From Lytechinus pictus (lineage: Eukaryota), in the NCBI RefSeq assembly GCF_037042905.1, contig NC_087257.1:5766001-5830000 (forward strand): a stretch of 64,000 nucleotides of DNA, in the 5' to 3' direction. The notes under the pieces were generated by a model that saw only the letters and a list, made by a program, of their open reading frames with translations, did no database searches and was not told the DNA's origin. Numbering within the stretch: position 1 is the stretch's first letter; each line of letters opens with the position of its first letter. The position numbers and the translations under genes are program-made. This document shows positions 37,393 through 50,445 of this stretch, in pieces.

Positions 37393-37830
37393 CGTGGCCG
37401 AGTAATCTAAAGCGACTGACTAGACACAATCACGAAGGTCCGTGGTTCGAAACCCAGCCACGGCACTTATACCCGTGAGCAGTGGCGTACCTAGGATTTT
37501 CCAGGATTTTCGTCAGGGGGGGGGGGGGGCAAAAAGGTCTTTCAAGCTCGTCAGGGGGGGGGGGCAGGGATACATGCATGGGTGGTGGCTTTGAATGGGT
37601 GGTGGCTCGTCAGGGGGGGCAGACTGCCCCTCTGCCCCCCCCCCCCGTAGGTACGCTAGTGCCCGTGAGCAAGGCATCTAATCGACCATGTCGACAATGC
37701 TCTTTTATCCTGCATTCAAACAAATGGAATAGACATTGCTCTTATATCCTACATTCAAACGAATGGAATTGACAGTGCCCTTTTATCCTACATTCAAACA
37801 AATGGAAATGCTATATGCATTATTGGTAAC
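37393..37830 (+). mobile_element. Degraded tRNA-derived SINE, interrupted by a MITE and containing three 39-bp tandem repeats
   Basis: A box TGGCCGAGTAA and B box GGTTCGAAACC. Sequence resumes after 37669; repeats at about 37693-37810. Confidence 0.65.
37480..37661. mobile_element. hAT-like MITE
   Basis: TIRs CAGTGGCGTACCTA / TAGGTACGCTAGTG. 8-bp TSD CCCGTGAG at 37472-37479 and 37662-37669. Confidence 0.85.
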
Positions 37831-40800
37831 CATGCATGGCCCTTTGAAGCGGGCATGCTGAAGCACCCCCAAGATTTTCCCCAGGGGTTGCTGCGTGTAT
37901 TGACTTTACATTTTTCATTACTTTACACGAGTGGAGTACCTCAAGAACCTCGTCATAAGGACAAACATTTTTTTGCCAACAAAAACAAATATTAAAAAGT
38001 CAAAGGTCACTTCCATTCCAAAAGCATTTTCCTTCCCGTCTGATTTTTATTGACCAGTGATAAAAAAGAGCTCAAAGACCACCATTGTCTATTGTCCTAT
38101 AAAAAAAACTCCTTAAAATCCTCAAGAAAATAATTTTTGGCTACCTTATCATCTAAAAAAGTTTATATTTTTTTGGAAAAACGGAGGTCATTATATTTTC
38201 ATATCTGTATTTCATGTTTTGCTTTACATTGTTGAAGTCGAATTGAAACACAAAAATATATACAATGCAATATCCCCCCGATTTTCAGTCCAGACTTTAA
38301 CCAATATTTCCACCAAGCAGCAGTCATCATAACTGACATGATTAATGGCTTTGCAACATTTGAAAAAACTATGAAAATATTATAAAGCTAGTATTGTCTG
38401 GACATAACTGTGGGGAACTATAAGAAAAGTGCGCAGTGGGAGCCCCCCCCCCCCATTCTTCTGGGACAGGTTTGGTTTCCAGGCAGAGGAACTGTCATCA
38501 CAAAGGGAGGGGGCACCTTAATCGAACACAAAAGCACGTATAAGGGTAAAAGTATATTTTTTTTCAGTACAAATGAAATCAAAACAATATACGCATTAAA
38601 AAGAAATACAAATACGAAAGTAAACATAGTAATATATAGATATAAGAAATAAAAAAAATACAAAAAAAATAGATCCTTCTATTCATAGCCATTGATAATA
38701 ATGGCTCTCTTCTTCCTCGATGTACATTCCTCATACTCGATCGCCAGTCATGTTGATAGCTCTATAATCAGTTTCGTGAGTCTTTTATATAGGCATGATA
38801 TTAAAATTCTAATGAATTTTTATTCTATTATGGATTTTTCTCAAACCTCCGGCAATATTTTTTCAGCTATTTTTACAATGAACTTTTTGCTAGGTTGTAA
38901 TTTCCATTTAAGTTATTTAATTATACGATTTCTAAAAAAAAAATATTACTAAATGTAACTGATATAAAAATCAGTGCTGGACAGTTCAGTGACGTAAATG
39001 AGCCGAACATTTCGAGGGGGCTACAATGTAGATAATGCATATCGGCAAGCGAAGCGAGAGAGCCTAAATTTCGACATTTTAAAAACAAAAAAATCAAGTT
39101 TTGTGATGTACTTTGACGTAATATTTAGAACATAATATCATATTTAACCCTTCTTTTTTTTCTGTTCTTTTCTCCATTTTTCTTGGTCGTAATTTTTTAA
39201 TTCTGATAATTGTAACACGATTGCTCATTTTGAGGATGTATACGTGATTGTAATTCATAATTAAAACCAGATATATAGATAATGGGAGGGGGGATGGGTG
39301 GGGGCGATCGCCCTTCCCCTCCTACTGCAATGAAAATATTGGGAGGCAAACATATCGATTCGTTGTCATACTCTAGACTACTTGAAAATAATGTATGATA
39401 CGAATTGCAAATATCTGATTATTTCTTTTTGTTTTATGAAAACATTATAAAACCATTAAATGTTTAATTGAATTGAACAATTTAATTTCATATTCGAAAT
39501 TGTAGTTTTTCGGCGGGCATTGCTGTATTGTAATTTAACGCATTAAGCGGACAGAAATATTTGGATTTGTTTGCCTCCCCCTTCCAAAACATGGATCGTC
39601 GCCCCCGTCATTATTTTTCATCCTTTACCTTTTACTACATTAACAATTAGAAATCGTTTTCTCATTAGAACTCAATGGTTGAGTCAAATGATAAAAAAAC
39701 AGAAGGCCTAAAAAATAGACAAAGAGAAGTCGTGGCGGTCTGAAAAAATGTCCTTAATCCAACTGATCGGTGAAAGTTTTGAAAGGCTGCACACTATAAA
39801 CACGTTCCGGTCATATTGATAAGTGCCCCCTGACCCGTTGACGTCACACTTAGAAATAAATTCATATAAAATCAATGATGCACATTTGAGAATCCTTTTT
39901 AAAATGAACGGAAATTGGTATTACTTCTGCTTCAGATAAGCAGTAAAGTAGTGTCATTTGATCCTTTTAGCATATAGGTACTTTCTTAGTTGCACAAGAA
40001 TACCTATCACCACTGTTGCGGGAGCCAAGTTTAAAAGAAAAAAAAACACCGCAGAAAAACATTTTTTTATATTCTCAGGAAATGAAGGATATTTGAGGAT
40101 CTATTAATGACAAAGGGTATGAATTTTGTTGTTATTAACACTTTTTTAGTGGTTTTACAAATCTCATGAGCCTAGTAAAATGTGCCCATATAAGTTACAT
40201 ATACCAGCGTATTTCGTTATGACATTCATGAGGTCAGTGCAGGGATAACTTTCACATTTTCTCCTTTATCAAATAAACAGGCGAATTAAATCATTTGTGA
40301 ATGCATCGTCCAAAGTCGAAACATCCCTCGAAGTTCATTTGCACAACTAGTCGTCATGTTACATGTATCATGATCTGCTTTCAATTTATGTTTTTTTTTT
40401 CATTTACCTTTGAACTGAGTTCGTGTGTAATCATCAGGTGAGCTTTTCGCCTTATTTAGGTAAGGACGGCACATTAATGTGTGGTAATATTACGAAGTTT
40501 TGCTGCATGCGATGGGTATAGTATAGATTTTGTTTTCTTTCAACACGGCAGTAAGATTAATAGAACATAATTATCTTAGGAAAGAATCGAGTTATGCATA
40601 GGTATTGCCATGTTTTAAGAGCAAACAATATACCATGCAGTATGCATGCCAGCTCGTTAAAAGTTGTCACTTTCTGATAGACCCGAATAGACATATTGTT
40701 TTATTTTTCATACCTCTTGCCAAACAATGGAACAGCTATTTATCGACAATTTAAAGAATGCTATTCATCACTGAACATGTTGAATTACCATTGTCTAACA

Positions 40801-41044
40801 TTTTTTTGTTAAATAAAGAGGGTCTTTTGTCTCAAAGCAATACAGAAAATATTATAATGCAAACAATAAAAAGGCCACACAAATTGTGAGTTAGTGAGTG
40901 ATACCCTCAACTCTCTCATTTGCATAGCACGTTGTGCTTAGCTTATTTGTAAGAGATAAGCGAAAATCTCAATGGTCATAACTCTTTTATATTAAATCCG
41001 ATTTTGATGAATTTTTAGGGTTTTGCTTGTTTAATTTTTCTATA

Positions 41045-41231
41045 TACACTGTAAAAAATGAAGTGATAATTTAGCACTTCATTTTTTACAGTGTAGGGTC
41101 GACTCAAATCAACATTTTCCTGGGTTGCACTTGACCTTCATTTTTCCCTACGCTGTACAAAATGAAGTGCTAATTTAGCACTTACAGTGCTTGTATATAG
41201 TGACTGCACTACGAGCGCTGATTTTCTAGTT
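41045..41231. mobile_element. Mini palindromic MITE (41045-41095) and left arm of the same TA-flanked MITE family (41151-41231)
   Basis: CACTGTAAAAAATGAAGTG termini. Complementary arms at about 44690-44735 and 47511-47595. Confidence 0.8.
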
Positions 41232-44200
41232 TTTTTTTTTTAAAGCAGTATTTCTGCATTTATTAATAAATCAAAATTACAAATTTATAACAATGATATA
41301 AAATGAAACATACATACTGATCAAGTTACAAAGGTGACAATTGTATAGTAGTTAAGTAGATATAATAGACATAATATTCATGTAAACAATAACAAATGAA
41401 TGTAAATGCAGAGGCCAGCTATCGTAAGCTGAAAGCTTGAAATAATAGCAGCCAGGGGAAAAGAGGCTACATGGAAACCATAATAAAAATACCGAGTCTT
41501 TATTATTTAAAAGTGATGTCACTTATATAGCTTAAAATATAATAAAAGGAAGGGGGGAAGGGGCAAGATGAAGTGTGTGCAAGTGAGTGCGAGTGCAGGT
41601 GAGAATTTATAAGTATTTAGATAAAAGGTACCTCTTTAGTGAAGCTTTAAATGATATAAGAGATGCAGCTTGTTTGATATCATTCGGAAGGTTGTTCCAA
41701 ACATCCGGGCCGTGATGCCGTATTGTTTTGTGAGCAATTATTAGTTTTGGGTTTGTTAAATGAAAGTCAGATGAATGTCGAGTAGGGTATGAATGAATGT
41801 CTCTATTATAGACAAAAATATTTCGAAAGGGTGTTGGTATAGTGTTGGTGGAAAATTTGTACATAAAAATAGCAGTTTGATAAGTGTGAATATCGTAGAT
41901 CTTCAATGTTTTAAAATCATGAAATATAGGATCAGTATGAGCGAGATAATGGGAGTGATGACAAATGCGAAGTGCTTTCTTTTGAAGGCGCAATATTGAA
42001 TCGATTTTGATTTTGTTACTATTTCCCCATACAATATTACAATAAGATATATACGATAAGATAAATGAGTTATAGAGCATAAGTAACGATCTTTGAGAGA
42101 TATAATATTTTAATTTATACAAAATGCCTATGCCTCTTCCTGCCATCATGCTTATATTACGAATGTGACTACTCCAAGTTATGTTAGCATCGATCACTAC
42201 ACCTAAAAATTTAGTTTCTTGTTTTTCATTAATGGGTATATCATTGATATAAATATTATCGCGAAATATATGTTTAGAATTAATGTGTTTGAAGTACATG
42301 AAATTTGTTTTATCTATGTTAAGTGAAAGTTTGTTTGATTTAAACCATATTGATAATTTCTTTAATTCTTGATTGAGAGTTGCAACAAGTATGTTTAAGT
42401 TGTGGTGTGAATAAAATATGTTGGTGTCATCTGCGAATAAAACATATGTAAGTAAGGGTGATGTGTTCACAATGTCGTTCATATATATTAAAAATAATAA
42501 AGGTCCCAGGATTGAACCCTGTGGTACTCCACATATTACGGGGCATATATTAGATGATTTGGATTTAAAATTAACATATTGGCGTCTATTAGCTAAATAA
42601 TCTTTAAACCAAGATAGTACGATCCCTCTGATTCCATATGTCTTTAGTTTACTCAGTAATATGCGATGGTCCATTGTATCGAACGCCTTCGATAAATCCA
42701 TAAAAACCCCAATAGTGTGCTCCTTTTTTGAAAGTGAATCAGTTATTTTATCATATAATTGTAAAATTGCATAATCGGTTGAATGGTTTTTTCTGAAACC
42801 ATATTGATTGGGGATTAATAATTTGTTAGTGTCCAAAAATGAGTATAAACGATTGTAAACAATTTTTTCAAGTATTTTGGAAATGCTTGGTAACAGTGAA
42901 ATAGGGCGGTAGTTTACAATCCGACATGGGTCATCTTTTTTATATATTGGAATAATTTTGGCAAGTTTTAGCGATTCAGGAAAAACACCTTGAGAGAGAG
43001 ACAGATTGAAAATATGTACAAGTGGAGAAGCCAGGAAAAAAATTATTTGTTTAAGTAGATATACACTTATCCCATCATGGCCACTGGATTTGCTGGGTTT
43101 TAAGGATCGAACAATTTCTAACATTTCCTGAATATTTGTAGGGTTGAAAAATAAGGAGTGTTCGTTATGGTTATCTAAATATTGTGAAAAATCATGGTCA
43201 TTGGTAACAATTTTCGAAGCTAGGTTTGGACCAACATTAGTAAAAAATGAATTGAATGCGTTTGCAATAACACTGGGGTCTCTGATGTGGTCACCATTTT
43301 CTAAAAATTCATCATTGTCTCGATCATCTTTTTTCTTACCTAGAATGTCATTTATTGTATGCCATAAAGTTTTGTTATTGTCTTTATTGTTTTCAATTTT
43401 GTCTGAGAAGTAAGATTTTCGTGCTAAACGGATTACAGATGTTAATTTATTACGATATTTTTTGTATTTATTTTGATGTTCTATTGTAGGTGATTTAAGT
43501 GATATCTTATACAATCTATTGCGAGTAAATATAGATTTAATTATTCCTTGAGTGATCCATGGTTGTTTATTCTTCTTTTTGTTTGAAGTTATTTTTGTCA
43601 AAGGTACGTTTTTGTTGTAATAATGAAGAAGTTTGTTTATGAATATTTCATATGAATTGTTAACATCCTGCTCTTGATAAACATCTTGCCATGTTTCTGT
43701 AAACAGATCTGTTTTTAGGGAATCTATGTTGCGCTTGGTCTCTTTTCGTCGAGTATTGTGTTCTGTGTTGCATTGTTTATGTAAGCGATAGGTGCTTGAA
43801 CATATCGTGAAAATAGGTAAATGATCAGAGATATCATAATATATTATTCCATTATTATTGGTATTAAATACATTTGTAAAAATATTGTCAATAATTGTAT
43901 GTGTCGCATTTGTTATCCTCGTAGGTTTATCAATGAGAGGTTTAAAAGAAAATGATGACATCAAAGTGATCATGTGTTGGCCGAGGGCAGTATAAGGTAT
44001 TGAGAGATCTATATTAAAATCGCCCATGATGTAGATGTCCTTATTTTCACGAGATACAGTTTCGAGACATAATTCTAATCTATCTAGGAATATATCAACA
44101 ACGCTGTTTGGTGGCCTATATATTACACCGACTATTTTATTTTTATGTTTATCATCGATAATTTCTATGAATAAAGTTTCTAACCCGTCAAGTTGAATAT

Positions 44201-44688
44201 CGTCCCTTATTTTATAATGCATATCATTGTGAATATAAAAAGCGACCCCACCTCCCTTACCTTGTTTACGATCTATATGGTTAAATGTATAATTATCAAT
44301 TTCGAATATGGGAGGGGTTGTTGAGTGTAACCACGTCTCGGTCATACCTATAATAGAGAATGGAAATTTATTCAATATATTTAAGAATTCACTGAAAGTT
44401 TAAAAGTTCTTTCGTAAGCTTCGAATGTTTATGTGCATTAAGCTAAAGTGATTTGGTTTATCGTTTCGATTTTTAGTATTAAAAGCTGAAATAAATTCTT
44501 TAGCAGTGTAATATTTGCTCTGGGGGGCAAATACTTCATCATTAAATATGTCATCCAAATGAGGTACATTTTGGTTTGCAGTACGACTGGGAGTGCTCGG
44601 TGCGTGCAAGGTGCTAGGAGGGGTGCATGTGTTTTGCGTTGAGTGTATAAGGGTGTGTTCACGCGTGACGGTCTGACATACTCAATTT
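41230..44688 (-). mobile_element. CR1/L2-group (Crack-like) LINE, ORF2 only, with poly(A) tail
   Basis: APE plus RT ORF, 3'UTR, AATAAA and an A-tail at about 41230-41241. Inserted at the centre of a palindromic MITE. Confidence 0.9.
41607..44609 (-). pseudogene. LINE ORF2 (APE endonuclease plus RT) with one in-frame nonsense codon at 44400-44402
   Basis: HINIRSL...*...MTETWL, GGGVA, YRPP, GDFN and SDH (APE); NYRPISLL, DLSKAFD, GVPQGSILGP and FADD (RT). 922 codons are open after the stop. Confidence 0.9.
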
Positions 44689-45189
44689 AGTTCATATTTA
44701 AACGAGAAAATCAGCACTCGTAGTGCAGTCACTATGTTTCGATCTGCACACATTTATGAGGACGGTTAAAATGAGTGTAGGTCAGGACTTCAAAGATAAG
44801 AATATCAATTGTTACATCAAAAACTGCCCCCCCCCCCTGTCGCCACCACCTCCTTTGCTTGTCTCGCACGTGTCCCATCCCCAATAATTATGTTTTCCTC
44901 TTTCCCAGTCTACCTCTTTATTGAGCCAAATAATATCACCTTTTTAAAAATTAATATTTTCTCTTTTCCGTATACAAATATGTTGTACACCCTCCCCCCA
45001 TCTCTTTATCTCTCTTTCTCTCCCATTATATCATCTCTCTCTCTCCCTCTTCTCGCATTTTCATTTTTTTCTCTCTCCCTTTTTAAACGTTTACTTCTCT
45101 TTAATTAGACTATGATATCTCTTTTCTCTCTCTCTCTCTCTGCTCTTTCTTTACAGTTATCACCCTCATTCCTTTAAATTCATTTCATT

Positions 45190-46993
45190 ATGACGTCTGA
45201 ATTCAGCTCAATAGTAGAGGGCGCTGTTTGTAAAGAAGCACACTGTGAATCGATTACCGACGTCACGTCATGAAGGAAAAGAAGAAGCTCTGTCATGACT
45301 GCGCCTTGAAAAAAGAATGCATCGGAATAGTTCGAAGAGGTGAGCCTAATCTCTTCTGTCAGGAACATAACGAATTAATACGTTTGTATTGCAGAACACA
45401 TAACGTAGCATTATGTTATCCATGTGCGTTGACAGATCATCGCCAACAACATTGCGTTCATGAGGATATCATGCTCGCACTGAAGAAAAATAGAAAAGAT
45501 CTCAGCATCCTAAAGAATAGGGCGATTGATAAATCAGAGATATGTCGCATCTATGGGATTGAGATTCATAAGACCAGACAAGCCAAATACCAACATTTAC
45601 AAGCTATTCAGAATGATGTTGATTCCGAAATCGAAAACGCGATCGAAAGAGACAGAGCCAGGGAAAGGGAAGATGCTGATTTAATCGACAAGGAGATTGA
45701 TAGGGAAAATGAGCAACTGCAAGAGGAGATTCGAAAAATCCAGAATAAAATTCAAAAGAACAATGAGAAGAGAGAGAAGCGGCACGAAGAAAATCGATTA
45801 AATGCAGAGAAAAGACGACAACCGATAAACAACACATTCTTCATGCTGGCATTCAGAACATCGCTCAAGAGATCGAGAGAAAGATGGGAGAGCTTGAGAA
45901 ATCATGGCAAGACGACACCAAATCAGCAGAGAAAGCAAAAGAGACACTGGACAGAATTCTTGAAGACGATAAATATATTGTCATAGATGGACATCGTGTG
46001 AATGCATCAGTGAGTGAGGAACTAAAGAAGCAACTGAATGAGGATGAGGTGAAAGAAATAAATCGTGTTGTATCAGGTGTGAGGTTTGTGAAGGGTGTTG
46101 GGAGAGAGAAGTATGATGGAAGAATTGATGGGTATGATGGAGATTGGAAGTTCATTGATACAATCAATGTAAGTGATAAAATCAGATTCCCGTTCATTGT
46201 TGGATGTATAGATGAAGATAAGGTGACGATCAGAGATTCACTGATTGGTGAAGGACATACCTACATGTTAGATTTGAACAGTAAAACCACACAGGGAGTG
46301 ATCAACGGTCGTGATACATCATTTACATTCTCATGTGCAGTACTGAATGATGACGAGATAGAATGTGGTAGATACATCAAAGGTTGTACAGGAGACAGTC
46401 TACCTGGATGCATCAGTGTATACGACAGACAGTGGAATCACATCAATTACGTCACAATACCAAGAAACACGACGAATAACGATGCAGGGTTGCGCGTTGC
46501 AATCGATCATGATGGGATGATCATCGCTGCTGAATGGGGTCAGTCTATGATATACGTCATCAACCCAGTTAATGATGAGTTTATCAATACCATCACGTGT
46601 AAAGAGAAGATAGTAATGTACGATGTGCTGTCATCAGGTAACATCATCGCTCGACCTTCACCACCTGATCGCAGAGCTCTCATCATTGACAGAGAGGGTT
46701 ATCATAGGGAAATCTCCCACAGTGATGTCATCTTGAATGTGTGTGTTGATTGTATGACAGACGACCTCTACGTCGTGACATCAGATGACGAGTACAATAC
46801 GTGTGTGATTGATCAGGTGATGAGTGAGGGTGATGTGAACAAGAGAAGGGTAGCATCATTCCCTTTATCAACTAGACCGGGGAATAGATATAATCACCTG
46901 TTAGGATCTCGAGTGATGATGACGTCATCAGGGAATATGATTGCTTGTGATAGGGAAGATATTCTCATATTCAAAAATATATTTGTCTTCTAG
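45190..46993 (+). pseudogene. TRIM-like B-box + coiled-coil + NHL-like beta-propeller gene with two frameshifts
   Basis: B-box CQEH...YCRTH...LCYPC...DH..H, coiled coil and beta-rich C-terminus. Frame changes near 45270 and 45835-45842. Coding region is intronless, with an acceptor at about 45156. Confidence 0.75.
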
Positions 46994-47510
46994 ATCCATG
47001 AGAGTGTTGACGCGGTATTGCGACGCGGAATATGAGTTAATCGAATTATTCGCTCTGTAGAAACAGGTTGGTTTAAGTGCGATACGGTTTTTCGATTCCG
47101 GAAAAAAATAAACCGTTTTCAACCTTTCTCTGAATTGTACACTTTATACCAGATTAAAACGTTACCTTCTGAATAATGGTTGTTATGTATCTGCAGAGCA
47201 GCGTTTTATCACTTTAATTATGCATTTTTCTTTTTTTCCCCCTTTTCACTATGTGATCAGTTGTATAGTTATTATCATAATCACAATAATATTATGCCTG
47301 ATTATAGGCATTCTTTTACCATGTATAACGTGCCACCTGTATTAAAGCTATGATGACATAATGAATCAGTTCTTGATGCTTCAGTCTTCACCTTATTCAA
47401 TACTGAAACGAAAATTGCATGACGTGTTATATTATGATATCCGAGTGAAAATAGAGAAACTATTGTAAAAGGATTGGTTTACACTCTGAATCACATTTTA
47501 TATGCTGTAA

Positions 47511-47597
47511 ATTTAAACTAGAAAATCAGCACTCGTAGTGCAATCACTATACAAGCACTGTAAGTGCTAAATTGGCACTTCATTTTTTTACAGTGTA
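47511..47597. mobile_element. Right arm of the CACTGTAAAAAATGAAGTG MITE family
   Basis: Reverse complement of 41149-41231, ending CAGTG-TA. Confidence 0.8.
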
Positions 47598-49249
47598 TGA
47601 AGCCAGGTTTAAACATTATCCTAGTGTACGGTACCACGTGTATTATAGCTATGACATAAGCATGATAATGAACCAGTCTTTGTTGCTTCAATTAAATGTT
47701 CAATGATATTCTTATTCAGCAATGAAAATGAAATTACATGACGTGTTTTTCTATTATCCCGAAAATATAGAAAAACTATTTTAATATGACATTTTTACAC
47801 TCTTGATCGAATTTACTGTGTGGAACCGACTCTCATATATATAAAAAAGAATAATAATGAAATAGTCCCTTATTTCTATCTCGGAAAACTGGTAAATGAT
47901 ATGACCCTTTATAAACAATATAGATCACAAATGCACACGACCTCACGATCACAAGCACATTATTTCAAAATAGCTTTCATAGGTTGTGATTTGAGTGATA
48001 ATAACAGCCACGTTTGATGTAGCTAAATGCTCATTACCTTTGTATGTATGTTTGTTTGTCTGAATTTATGTCCAAAATCAGACAAAACTCTTTTTGACAA
48101 AAAGAGGTATAATGATGTAGCTACATAGGACCAACCCCTGGAATGATGTCAATAAGGTCTTTGACTGGGGCCAATGGCCGATTGATCGGGATTCGCCGGG
48201 AGAGGGGGCTATATTAGGCGATACATTTTAGTAAATTGCACACTGTGCAATAATATGCTGTACTGTACAGTGTTACTTAAAATTCTTTGTGATTTTGTAA
48301 AAATAAAATACCGGTATATAATGCAAATTTATCACATTGGTAAAGTAATTTATAACACATTCAATTTGGTTACGTATAGCTATGAGACAACGGAAACATT
48401 TTTAGAGTTATGTCTTTCATTGGTTCTTTACACGGATAACGTTTTACTTATCACTATTTACCCTAACTTCCTACAATTAAAGGTGATTCTGAAAAGAGTT
48501 TGAAAAAAAAATGTAATTGATTGCTAGTATATTTAATTTTAAATTGCTGTAACCGCGTTTCCCTAATACAGTACCATCTCAGACTGTTTATCTTGCCTAT
48601 ATTGTTTATGAACTTTTCATATTTTTCAAATATGTATGAACCACTGAGAAAATGAATTAAGAATATGACGAACATAATCACAAAGGGCTTTTGAAAAGTT
48701 TCGTTTGTAATCATTTGATTTGCTTCATTTTTTCATGCTAACTGATTAATGTTTCCATGTTTTTAATAAAATTATGATGTTGGCGACATTTTGAAAATAT
48801 TTATATCTCAATATGAAAACGGCCCAAGTCCAATTTTTGGCGATATTGAGTTAAATATGGGAAATTGTTCCTATACAATGACTCATCTTGTGTATAAATG
48901 ATAATTCTGAAATTATCTCAGAAATGCCTTATAAAGGAGGAAAACCTGGTATGAGTGTAAGAAAAGCCCATGTCCAGGACTAGACATGGGCTTTTCTGGC
49001 ACTCATATCATAGCGCCCTCTCTCTTTACTACTGCTTTCTACAGAAGTCTACCTTGTGATGTATATGAATGTAAGAATGACCCAAGTCCATATGATTCTA
49101 AAAAACGACCCAAGTCCACCAGACAAAAGACCCAGCCCACAAGTAATGTGAATATTAATGTTCTATTAAAAAGATGTACACTTAAATTTGTTTTATAATG
49201 TTCTTGGATGTCTTTTGGCAAAATATACTTTAGTTTCCCAAATTAAAGA

Positions 49250-49645
49250 AAGAAAAAAAAATCGATGTAAGGGTAATCAAGCATTACTAAAGATGCTTCT
49301 TGAGCTTCAGGTCACATGACCAAGGTCCGAGGTCATTTAGGGTCAACGAAACTTGGTACTGTTGGAGCATTTGTCCAATTGTCATCATAAATTTAAAAGT
49401 TTATGGATCTTCGTGTACTTCATGAAACAATGTAATCAAATATAAATAATTGTTTTGCACACATATTAGGTCACAATGATCATGGTCAAAGATCATTTTG
49501 GTCAATTGACATAGTATTTTATTACCATTTGAATATTTTGTTTTGTGACTAATTATCATTTAATAGCTGTTTTCAAAGTCAGCACTGCTGCTATTTTAAA
49601 TCACGTAATGCATGCGAGACTGCCAGAGGCGTTCCACTTGTTTTT
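49250..49645 (+). mobile_element. Possible Helentron/Helitron-associated non-autonomous element remnant
   Basis: Repeated GGTCA/AAGGTCA motifs and a 3' end ...CCACTTGTT in a T-run. The classification is pattern-based only. Confidence 0.35.
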
Positions 49646-49826
49646 ACTATTAACCAGGGGCCCGTTGTATAAACCTTTTGCCATAAAAAAAAAACTCGGG
49701 CAAATAAAAAAAAACTCTGGCAAACAAAATAATGCCATTGAAAATTACACATTAAAAAATTTTTCATGGCAATTTTTTTTAAGCAACGGCCCCACAGGAG
49801 TAAGCAGACCATTTGCATATACCTTA

Positions 49827-50445
49827 GGCTTCAGTTACAACTCAGAGCGGCGACCGGCCGATAAGTAGCCTTCTCGGGCGCCGCTGGAATTGAGGCATCG
49901 CCCAACGATTTTTGTAGAAGTCGAGCGGGCTATAGAGACTTATCGGTGGCCGAGCAGTACCCGGTCGATTACTCATTACTCAAGGCCAAATCTGGGTCAA
50001 ATCGGGGGAACTTTTCTGTTTGGCGTCCGAGAAGTAATCGGCTGACGACCAACCGATTCCCTATCGCCCGTCCGATCTTGAATTTGCCGTGATATCATCG
50101 ACCGATCTCTGAGCGGCCAGTGGCCGGTGACCGACCGGTGACCGATTGACAGCCTTTGATCTAACGATTTCAATTTTTGATCTAAATCGTTCGACAGCAA
50201 CCGCTCGACTACGTCGGGGCCCGGAAGGCGACCACCCGGGCACCGAGCGTATTTAGGGCGGTGAGTGAAAAGTGAGCAGTCGCCGCCAGAATTTGAACAC
50301 CGCGCTAAATCTTGATCGGCGACCGAGCGATGCCCCAAAACCAGTGGTGCCCGGACGGCCGCCGCTCGGTGCCCGGGCGAAATTAGTTAAAGACTCGCCG
50401 CCCGGTCGCCGAGCAGGCTTATTTTTAGGGGTTGTGACCTTAACC
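49827..50445. mobile_element. GC-rich PIF/Harbinger-like MITE
   Basis: TTA flanks at 49824-49826 and 50446-50448. Imperfect TIRs GGCTTCAGTTACAAC / GTTGTGACCTTAACC. Many CGACC/GGTCG motifs. Confidence 0.6.

Noticed and set aside
37693-37810. Three 39-bp repeats as a regulatory or CRISPR array
   Set aside because: They are contiguous, spacer-less tandem copies within a SINE body.
49827-50445. CpG island promoter or small ORFs
   Set aside because: Explained by a TTA-flanked MITE.
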